This document shows positions 45,092 through 55,184 of a DNA stretch of 64,000 nucleotides, one piece after another. Position numbers and translations under genes: made by a program. The notes under the pieces were generated by a model. It saw only the letters and a program-made list of their open reading frames with translations. It was not told the DNA's origin and made no database searches. Numbering within the stretch: the first letter of the stretch is position 1; the number at the start of each line of letters is the position of its first letter. Source of the stretch: Auanema rhodensis (lineage: Eukaryota > Animalia > Nematoda); assembly GCA_964057225.1 (NCBI GenBank), contig OZ059895.1, positions 8,928,001-8,992,000 on the forward strand, written 5' to 3'.

Positions 45092-45260
45092 ATTATTTAA
45101 ATATTCAATTTCTCATTCGATGCCTTTCCAGTATTGTAAATAGTAGTGCTTATATTTCATTAGAGACGATTAGAGAAGGTATTTTTTTCCGGGTGCCACC
45201 ATTTTAAAATGTGCGGTATGAATTTCTATTATTGATCTTATGTTATGAATAATTCTTATA

Positions 45261-45266
45261 AATAAA
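45261..45266 (+). terminator. Candidate polyadenylation signal of the giant gene
   Basis: AATAAA about 170 nt after the stop codon, followed by a T-rich tract. Confidence 0.55.
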
Positions 45267-45613
45267 TATTATTCTTATCTTGTTTTTTTCTTGAGTTTTG
45301 ATATCTTTTGTAATTCTCTTCACAATAACACTTTTCTTCACTATCATAATTTAAATCAATATTATTCAAGTTTAGAACATATCGTTCATCAAAACAGAGC
45401 TAGTCTTGTTTTTTCATGTTTTCCATCCTGGAAACTCTGTTGCTCACAAACCTCTCACGACTCACTATGAACTTTCATTGCATTATGAAAATTTCTTATT
45501 TTTTATACAAAGAACGATAAAAGTGTGGGAGGAGAATTTTATTCAGTAATAGGTAATGAACAACAACTTAACTCAACAACGTAACAAAACAACAATGGAA
45601 ATACAACAATGTC

Positions 45614-46179
45614 TCAGTTCACCACTATTTTACCAACGCTTTCAGCTACTTCATCATACAGTTCCTGATAATCAGAATGAGGACGAATATACAATAATAT
45701 TGCTGGCCGTCTATGGCCTGCAGCAAGTCCCAGGTGTTCTCTTGAAGGTGTATATACGTATGGAATATCGTGTTCTTCGCACACTCCAGCCAAGTGCGAA
45801 TAAACATCAATAGGTGTGACATTACCTAAAAACAATGAAGAATCACGTTAAAGTTACTCAACAGCACATACCGGCTAAAATCAGCATGCCTTTCTCCTGT
45901 TTCCTAATTGCTTTTTGTACGTCTCTCAATCCCTGGCGCAAATGATGAGATTCTCCAGAAGCTTTCTTGATTAATTTATAAACCTTCTTGGCCAACTTTC
46001 TATTAGCCAATGGTTGAGAAATAGGATTCACCTATCGCAAAAACATTAAAATTAAGAAATCTTATTTTTTATACCAATGCGCATAATTGTTCGTACTCGT
46101 CCTTATCAGTTGAAGGACCATCCGCGGCTTCTGAAACAGAGATGTCAGCAGCAGATTCATCTAAAGACCTTTTTCCCAT
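45614..46179 (-). CDS. NHP2: H/ACA snoRNP subunit NHP2 (L7Ae family), 3 exons
   Basis: Spliced translation MGKRSLDESAADISVSE...DKDEYEQLCAL|VNPISQPLANRKLAKKVYKLIKKAS...GMLILA|GNVTPIDVYSHLAGVCEEHDIPYVYTPSREHLGLAAGHRRP... matches NHP2. Short GT-AG introns, and ttatag directly before the ATG. Confidence 0.93.
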
Positions 46180-46406
46180 CTATAATGTTATAATTACTGA
46201 ATTATACAAACAATTGAAATTGATAACAGGTAAAACATTGGAGTAAACCAATTATAACAGAATATTCGAAACTTTAAAACGATAAAATCACATTAACAAT
46301 ATAACAATAACCATATAGGATCAACTTGGTAACAAATAAAAATTCAACAACTTGAACAATGAAAAACAAGGATATATACTCATTTTTAATTTCATAAAGA
46401 CCTGAT

Positions 46407-49400
46407 TTATTCGCTATCTGAAAACTTTATCGAATTCACTTGCATGGAGATAGGACCTCCTCCATAACTTCCCTAAAAACAAGAGATTTCAATTTTAAGT
46501 ATACTCAGAACTTACCTTTTTCTTCTTGGTTTTCTCATGCCTGAACCCTTTTCCTTGTACTTTGCTGAGAGATTCAAAAGCCCTCACACCCCACTTATCA
46601 TGTGACTAAAACAATAACTGAAGAATACTAAACCAAATAAAAAAACTCACTCCATCAAATGAATTATCTCTAAATTTCTGGGGTACATCATCAATTCCAA
46701 GAGTTACTCTTCTGAACGGTTCATTTGCTCGACGCTTAAAAAAACCAAAGAATGATATAATATGAAAAAAAGATACTTGTCGTTCTTGAGATTTAGTAAG
46801 ATCTTTATTCTTGATGTTTTCTTTGCTGGACTCTGATGCGGAAGAAGGAAAATCAGCTCCTTTGTCCTAAATCAAATTCATTTTCAATGAATTATGCTAT
46901 TAGCTATACTTTTGATTTGTGATTTTCAGAGTCAGATTCCGAACTGGACTCAGACTCCTTTTGAACAGGAGCAGATTTCACTGGAGTCTTCACGGGTGCC
47001 TGAAATATATGCTTTGTAAGAAACGAATAAGGAGCCCAACCTTTGGTTTCTCATCTTCCGAATCAGAGTCGGAGCTAGAGGAAGCAGCTTTCTTCTGGAC
47101 TGGAGTAGCCTTCGCAGGAGTCTTTACTGGAGCCTAAAACATATACTTTGCAATATACCAATCAGATTCGCAAACCTTTGGTTTCTCATCATCGGAATCA
47201 GAGTCGGAGCTTGAGGAAGCAGCTTTCTTTTGGACGGGAGTAGCTTTAACTGGAGTCTTGACTGGTGCTTTCTTGGCCTTGTCATCTGAGTCAGAGTCAG
47301 AATCAGAACTGGAAGCAGCCTTCTTCTGAACTGGGGTGGCCTTTACTGGAGTCTTGACTGGTGCTTTCTTGGCCTTATTATCATCCGAATCGGAATCAGA
47401 ATCAGAACTGGAAGCAGCCTTCTTCTGAACCGGAGTGGCCTTTACTGGAGTCTTGACTTGAGCCTAAAATATATACTTTGTAATATAAAAAACAGAAGTA
47501 CAAACCTTTGGTTTCTCATCTTCGGAATCAGAGTCGGAGCTTGAGGAAGCAGCTTTCTTTTGGACAGGAGTAGCCTTCACTGGAGTCTTTACTGGTGCCT
47601 TCTTGGTTTTTTCCTCATCTGAGTCGGAGTCCGAGCTGGAAGCAGCCTTCTTCTGCACTGGAGTAGCCTTTACTGGAGTCTTGACTGGCGCCTAAAACAT
47701 TTAATTCGTAAGATACGAATCAGAAGTACAAACCTTTGGTTTCTCATCTTCGGAATCAGAGTCGGAGCTTGAGGAAGCAGCTTTCTTTTGGACGGGAGTA
47801 GCCTTAACTGGAGTCTTGACTGGTGCTTTCTTGGCCTTGTCATCTGAGTCAGAGTCAGAATCTGAGCTAGAAGCGGCCTTCTTCTGCACTGGAGTAGCCT
47901 TCACAGGAGTCTTGATTGGGGCTTTCTTGGCCTTATCATCATCCGAATCGGAATCAGAATCTGAACTAGAAGCAGCCTTCTTTTGGACGGGAGTGGCCTT
48001 TACTGGAGTCTTGACTGGTGCTTTCTTGGCCTTATCATCATCCGAATCGGAATCAGAATCAGAACTGGAAGCAGCCTTCTTCTGAACAGGAGTGCTCTTT
48101 ACAGGAGGCTTCACTGGTGCCTTCTTGACCTTATCATCGTCGGAATCAGAGTCAGAATCTGAGCTAGAAGCAGCCTTCTTCTGGACGGGAGTAGCCTTCA
48201 CAGGAGTTTTGACTGGCGCCTAAAACATTCAATTCGCAAGATACGAATCAGAATCACGAACCTTTGTTTTCTCATCTTCGGAATCAGAGTCGGAGCTTGA
48301 GGAAGCAGCTTTCTTTTGGACAGGAGTAGCCTTCACAGGAGTCTTGACTGGGGCCTAAAACATTCAATGAACATGAAACGAATCAGAAGTACAAACCTTT
48401 GGTTTCTCATCTTCGGAATCAGAGTCGGAGCTTGAGGAAGCAGCTTTCTTCTGAACTGGTGTGGCCTTAACTGGAGTCTTGACCGGTGCTTTCTTGGCCT
48501 TGTCATCTGAGTCAGAGTCAGAATCCGAGCTAGAAGCAGCCTTCTTTTGAACTGGAGTGGCCTTTACTGGAGTCTTGACTGGTGCTTTCTTGGCCTTATC
48601 ATCATCCGAATCGGAATCAGAATCTGAGCTAGAAGCAGCCTTCTTTTGAACTGGAGTGGCCTTTACTGGAGTCTTGACTGGTGCTTTCTTGGTCTTATCA
48701 TCATCAGAATCGGAATCAGAATCAGAACTGGAAGCAGCCTTTTTTTGTGTGGGAGTGGCTTTTACTGGAGGCTTCACTGGCGCCTTCTTAGCCTTATCAT
48801 CCGAGTCGGAGTCAGAATCTGAGCTAGAAGCAGCCTTTTTCTGGACGGGAGTGGCCTTTACTGGAGTCTTTATTGGTGCCTTCTTGGCCTTATCATCTGA
48901 GTCAGAGTCAGAGTCTGAGCTAGAAGCAGCCTTCTTCTGGACTGGAGCAGCCTTCACAGGAGCCTTGACTGGTGCCTAAAACATTAACATTGTAAGATAA
49001 GAAAATTAACCACAAACTTTTGGTTTCTCATCATCCGAATCGGAGTCAGAGTCTGAGCTAGAAGCAGCCTTCTTTTGTGTGGGAGTGGCTTTTACTGGAG
49101 GCTTCACTGGCGCCTTCTTGGCCTTATCATCTGAGTCAGAGTCAGAATCTGAGCTAGAAGCAGCCTTCTTCTGCACTGGAGTAGCCTTCACAGGAGTCTT
49201 GACTGGTGCTTTCTTGGCCTTATCATCATCCGAGTCAGAGTCGGAACTGGAGGAAGCAGCCTTCTTCTGTACAGGAGTAGCCTTCACAGGAGTCTTGACT
49301 GGTGCCTTCTTAGCCTTATCATCATCTGAGTCAGAGTCGGAACTAGAGGAAGCAGCCTTTTTCTGTACAGGAGTAGCCTTCACAGGAGTCTTGACTGGCG

Positions 49401-50453
49401 CCTAAAACATTTAATTAGCATGATACGAATCAGAAGTACAAACCTTTGGTTTCTCGTCTTCGGAGTCAGAGTCGGAGCTTGAGGAAGCAGCTTTCTTCTG
49501 AACTGGAGTGGCCTTTACTGGAGTCTTGACCGGTGCTTTCTTGGCCTTGTCATCTGAGTCAGAGTCAGAATCTGAGCTAGAAGCAGCCTTCTTTTGCACT
49601 GGAGTGGCCTTTACTGGAGTCTTAACTGGTGCTTTCTTGGCCTTATCATCATCCGAATCGGAATCAGAATCAGAACTGGAAGCAGCCTTCTTCTGAACTG
49701 GGGTGGCCTTTACTGGAGTCTTGACTTGAGCCTAAAATATATACTTTGTAATATAAAGAACAGAAGTCCAAACCTTTGGTTTCTCATCATCGGAATCGGA
49801 ATCAGAATCTGAGCTAGAAGCAGCCTTCTTTTGTGTGGGAGTGGCTTTTACTGGAGTCTTAAAAGGAGATTTCTTAGTATTATTATTATCATCATCAGAC
49901 TCAGTGTCAGAGCCTTCTTTACTGGCAACGACCAAACATTGTCGATGTAAACGAACATCCTACATATTAAAACCGTTCTTACCTTAGATGCTTTAGATAT
50001 TGGCTTTTTATTGTCGGTTGATGAATCTGAAGACTCCGAAGATGAACGAGCCTTTCTTTTTAAAGCATTAACTGGAGCTTTGGTAACAACCTAAATACAA
50101 AAATTAATATGAAATGGAAGAAAAGACCATGCTTTTTCATTTTCATCATCTGAGCTATCTGAACAACTTTTACTAGGCATAAACTTTTTTGGTGCTGGAG
50201 AGTTTGCGTCTGACTTAACAGACCGCTTACGGGAACTATTATATACTTCAACGCATGATTTGAAAACAGGTATTTCTTCAGATTTGTCAATCTGAAAAGA
50301 TGAAATGAAAAATTCATTAATAGTATATATCATTACGAAAGCTTTAATCTCCTTTATTTTTGCTCCACTAAATAAATCTTTTAGCAATCTAGGATTTCTT
50401 TTGAATACTTCAGTATAAAGAATGGCATCTCCATATAAATCGTTGCCAGCCAT
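46407..50453 (-). CDS. dao-5: Nucleolar phosphoprotein Nopp140/SRP40 orthologue, multi-exon
   Basis: N-terminus MAGNDLYGDAILY...YNSSRKR resembles DAO-5. Alternating basic K/A/P/V and acidic serine (SSSDSDSDSDD) repeats. C-terminal SRP40_C-type motif PFRRV...KGFRHEKTKKKKGSYGGGPISMQVNSIKFSDSE*. Confidence 0.92.
46925..49860 (-). repeat. Nopp140 basic/acidic repeats (about 30-32 aa) interleaved with nine paralogous ~42-nt introns
   Basis: KAPVKTPVKATPVQKKAASSSDSDSDSDDDKAK units. Similar introns occur at each EKPK/EKTK|APV/AQV junction. Confidence 0.9.
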
Positions 50454-52224
50454 TTAGCAACCCTAAAGAAGCTTTTATAATTATTATTTAAATAATTAAG
50501 AACAAAAAAAAAACAGCATAAGGTCAAATATATTTAAATAAACCGAACTACGAAACACCACTCCTATTACTGTATCAATCGTGGCGGAACTAATATAACA
50601 AAAATGTTGCTAACCCAATGATATTTTCAAATTATAAATTCAAATAACGTTTATTAAATGGGAAAATACAATGCAATTGTGATTAAATATTTTCTTTTTA
50701 GGCTAAATAGTTTGAATAGAGATATATTTTTAATCCCAATATAAATATCATCACTTAGAAATTTGACCGTTATGAAAAGTTCTGAACAGAAAAAATAAAT
50801 ACCATATTAAACAAGAATAATAATGTTTGATTTTCGAACTATTGTGACTAGCTTTCATGTAGAATGCTTATCTTGTTCGATTAGACAGAATTAAGAGCTT
50901 TATAAGAATTTTATCATTTGTTTTAACTCAGTCCTGTGTTTTAAAACATCTAAAATTTGAACAAATAGCTTAAAATGTCTTGAAATTAATTATGTATTTC
51001 AAAACATACTTTATAAAGACGGATGGAGATTACGTAAATGTTTTGTGTGTGAGAATGTTTTTCATGTTGTCAGTTTCTGATTCAATTATTTGGTAAGATA
51101 ACTGTTGAAATCATTATCAATCATATTATTATCAAATGAGTTTTATGTGCTTTTGTGTAAAAGTTGTTGCACTTTATGCCTCATATCCACATTGTAACCG
51201 AAGAACAGATTACAAATATGGTAAAGACAATAACTCATAATGTATACATTTTTCCTGAGAACATGATCACAATTGATAACATTTTTTCAATTACGAAATA
51301 GAAAATTAACGTGCTGTATCGTGTAATTAACTGCTATCAATGCAGAAGAAGACTTTGCCCACATTAGATTTTGTTAATGAAATACACTCGTAATATAAAA
51401 GGGTGTTTAGGTTTCTTTAACTGATTCTTATCTTTGACTTTTTCTTACCTGAAGAATTATGTTCATTACAACTTCTGTTAATCCCATAAGGTGGTAAGTC
51501 TCATAAGTAAATTCTTATCAAAATCTCACGTGGAGACAAATTGACGTAATAGAAACTTTCCATTTCTTATCACTAACTTGGGTAGAAAGTTTACATAGCT
51601 TAGCTTTAATTTTCTTGGAACGTTTCCCTTGCTCTTATTGTGATAGATGGTGATTCATAGCATACGAATTCTCATTTTCATTTATGTAATCTAGTTAATT
51701 CCTTGACTCATCTCCATTTGATGATTAGTATTTGTATTTCTTGTCAACCATGTACATATATTACTGTTATCATTAAAATAGCTGAGTGATATCTCTGCCA
51801 AAATACTATTCATACAATATATGGTAAGATAATTATGAATATATGTGTATATATTTCAAATTTGAAGTCATTTTGTATGGAATTTGACGACATGCTTTTT
51901 TGAAATTTTATAAAGAATTCTATCATATGGAGGCGGTTTTGGACCTTGATAAGAGGAAATTGCCTATTCTTAGACGTCATTTTACAGTTCGAGTAGAACT
52001 GATATTCTGGGTGTGTATAGGTCAGAACCGGATCCACCATTTCAATGTTTCTTCTTTTGTTTTTTTTTTAATATTTTTAATAGCATTCTTTCGTGATATC
52101 TGTACCGACTCTGGTATATTGAAAATAAATTTTTAATACATGTAATATTTCGTAATGAACCTGTTGCTTCTCATCGAGTTCGAGCTCTTGATAATATTTT
52201 TTCGTTAAATTTCTTCCTTTCAGA

Positions 52225-52640
52225 ATGAAAAATATCCTTCTGTATATTCTCATTCTTTTCTCGTTGTTATCTTTTATAATGGCAGATTGCGGTTGCGGAG
52301 CCAAATGTATTAAATACTCTGATGCCAACCATTGTACTCGTTGTTGCACGGGAACTCTTAAACGTTCACTTTCTGAGCAGAAGGTATATTACTCAAAGTT
52401 GAAAAAAACTCTTGTAAGTATTATTCATTTCAGAGTAATTCTTACACAAGGGGCCATCGTTTTCTATTGCCGCCAGTTGGCACTTCACCCTACCGTATCC
52501 CAATGTGGCTTCAAGATAACACAGAACGTATGAATAAGAAAAACAAACGTGAAGACGCATCCGTCGAAAGAATTCTGAATGAGCTAAATGAGATAATCGA
52601 AGCTATTGATGAGACGAGAAGAAGAATAGAGAGTTTTTGA
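52225..52640 (+). CDS. Secreted Cys-rich peptide precursor (neuropeptide-like), 2 exons, intron 52384-52433
   Basis: tttcag immediately before the ATG. Signal peptide MKNILLYILILFSLLSFIMA, then DCGCGAKCIKYSDANHCTRCCTGTL followed by a KR site. A second basic site (KKNKR) lies in exon 2, and TGA is at 52638-52640. Confidence 0.8.
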
Positions 52641-53140
52641 CATCTTTCCCAATTATATGAAATATCAGTTGCAACAAATTGTTTTATTTTTCTATTCTAG
52701 TTTCTACCTCAATTTATGTATTATCATTATTATAATCTCATAGCACATTAGCTTAGAAACTAGGTAACCAATTATATCCTGAGGATCTCTTGCTTTTCCA
52801 CATTGTGTTGCTTAGACTCTTAATTTGTAACCAACATTTGGTACGTTGTTCCGATCACCCCTTTCGAAATATCCACATATTTTACAATATTGACATCAAG
52901 CATAATACTGAACATTTAATATCAGAATATTTACAGAATAAACCTATAACTATTATTATTAAAACCTTGCTACAAACATTTTAAAACTTGAATTCACTCG
53001 TAATGCCTTTGGCACAGTTAGAAGCTCAACAACAGCATACAATTAATTAATGATACAACTGAGATTCCAGAAAGTATTAAACAAGAAGGAATGGATACAA
53101 TTAAGAGAATATGATAATTTAGATTTTTTCTTTATGATAT

Positions 53141-55057
53141 TTATTCAACGATTATATCGGATGAATGTGCTTGCCGACCTTTGAAAACAGAAACTGATAT
53201 GTAGGCAACATAACGTGAAAATATGGGAATAAATGTTAAAGGTAAGAGTTTTCCATTTAGAATTGTCCCAACAGCCTAAAAACAAGCAACATAAATTATT
53301 GCTATATCCACTAATCGTACTATGAACATTCCATATGTCAATGCTACTATGAAACTTGTAACGTTGTTCAAGAAATATTTACAAGTGGTAATAGTAGATA
53401 GTTCTACACGTCCATCATCGTGAAGGAACATACCAATCAGAACAAAGCCATAAAACGATTTCACAAAAATGTTTGTTATCTTAATAAGAAATAAAAATGA
53501 GGAAAACTAAAACTGCTGACTTCAAGAATCATCATTATAGAATATAGAGGATGAATTATTCCTGTCGCTAACAAGCAAACAAAAACACCAGATCCAGCAG
53601 CTCCGAAACATGCTAACATTATAAGTCCAAGTTTCTTGAATACATTACGCGAAACCTGATCTCGTTCTAGGGTCAGAAGCTGAAACAAAAGTTTAATAAC
53701 ATCTATTACTATTAATTTTCATAGATTTCTAACGCCATTAGCACAGTGTACTATTTAAAAAAAAAAGATCGGTGAAAGTACTATCCAGATATTGTTCTTG
53801 ATTAATGCCAAATATGCACATATAAAAATTTCTAAAATGTTAGAGAAAACAAAATTTCCGGATAAGGCTTCGTGGCCAAAGAAAACAGGAAAAAATTTGC
53901 GATTGACGTATTTCGAGTATACTTAATAATTTATCAAGATCGTTAAATCTAAGACAGCCATATGAGCAAAGAAATTAGTACTTGGTTATTTCCTTGATAA
54001 AATATCAAAACTTACCCATTCAAACCTTCGAAGAACGAAACTTGTTATGGAACCAATAGACCATAATAATGAATACCAAATCGCAAAAATAGTAGAATCA
54101 GCTAATCTTCGTTGAACCGCTTGCACCAACAAATTAGCTGAATATCTATAATAATTATAAGTCGAACAAATAGATCAAATTCGAATGTTACAATTTTTCC
54201 CTTTGAATAGAAGTCTGACTTCTTACAACTACAAACGACACTACCAAAAATCTTGCTAAAACATACCGCCTATAAAGAAATAAAGAATTAAGGAATCATG
54301 TCTTAGGACTGTAATCTTTAAAACATTCATTATCATAAATAATAAGATTACAGAACCCTTACATCATCAATTCCCACGCACTTTTAAAAAGAAAAAATAT
54401 TTTACTACTAACAGTAAAAAGAATTACTAACATCTATACATAGAAACATACCTGAGGGAAATTTGCCAAGCTTCTTTTTCAATATTTTGGAACTCTTCAT
54501 TAGGTCGAGCCCTAAGATTAGGCTCTAATATCGATAAAAACACCAATATATTGACAACAGCTAGGCAGCACGTAGTGAACTATATTACCAATATATCTTA
54601 AGATATGCTAGAAAAAAACAAACCCAAAACTTTTCGGAAAGTATTATCTCTTCGTATAAATGTATAATCGATAATTGAGATCGCAAGAATTCTTCTACAC
54701 CGTCCAAAGAGCTAAGTACATGAAATGTTTCATTTTCTTAGCACACTGACAAACCCCAATCGGCCCAATTCTTTCAATTTATCCAGAAAAAAATACGATA
54801 AGCCTCCACCTCCCTCAACTTTGTTTTACACATAAATATAAGCAACTACCCATTATGATACCTAACAATCCCTCATAGTCATATCCATCTAACTGAGGTT
54901 GCAGCCGGAACGGACACATATCAGAAGAAGCAACAGCAGCATGGAAAGTATTCGGCTCAACTTTATGCAGTGGAAACTCGAGATCATACAACCTAACTAC
55001 ACCCCATATAATGAGAACAGTTGCTATCAAGAAGGCATCCACGACAACGTGGTACAT
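53141..55057 (-). CDS. Multi-pass membrane protein, possibly a gp78/Hrd1-like transmembrane domain without a RING; multi-exon
   Basis: Hydrophobic exons joined by GT-AG introns: MYHVVVDAFLIATVLIIWG...IFAIWYSLLWSIGSITSFVLRRFEW|LLTLERDQ...HPLYSIMMILE|...SSDIIVE*. Some internal splice sites are uncertain. Confidence 0.7.
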
Positions 55058-55184
55058 AATCTACCAATGCAATTGAGAGTAAGAAATTGTATTCTCAAAC
55101 TATTGAACGGATAACCCGTATAAATGTCAAACAGACGAAAACGATAACAAGATTTATTTATAACAATAATTCCCGTCACCATAC

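Noticed and set aside
2-45091. Assignment to titin, dig-1, anc-1 or unc-44
   Set aside because: No Ig, FnIII, EGF, KASH or ankyrin features are visible in the window, and a CaaX-type end does not fit these proteins.
46919-49812. Plus-strand ORFs rich in SESESE/AAFF
   Set aside because: Antisense shadows of the dao-5 repeat exons.
51810-52349. Short ORFs at 51810-52349, and similarly 52790-52984
   Set aside because: Low-complexity AT-rich translations with alternative starts and no recognisable motif or splice support.
53681-54015. ncRNA in the 335-nt intron of the membrane protein gene
   Set aside because: Only a short TTTATCAAG/CTTGATAAA inverted repeat is present, with no clear box motifs.
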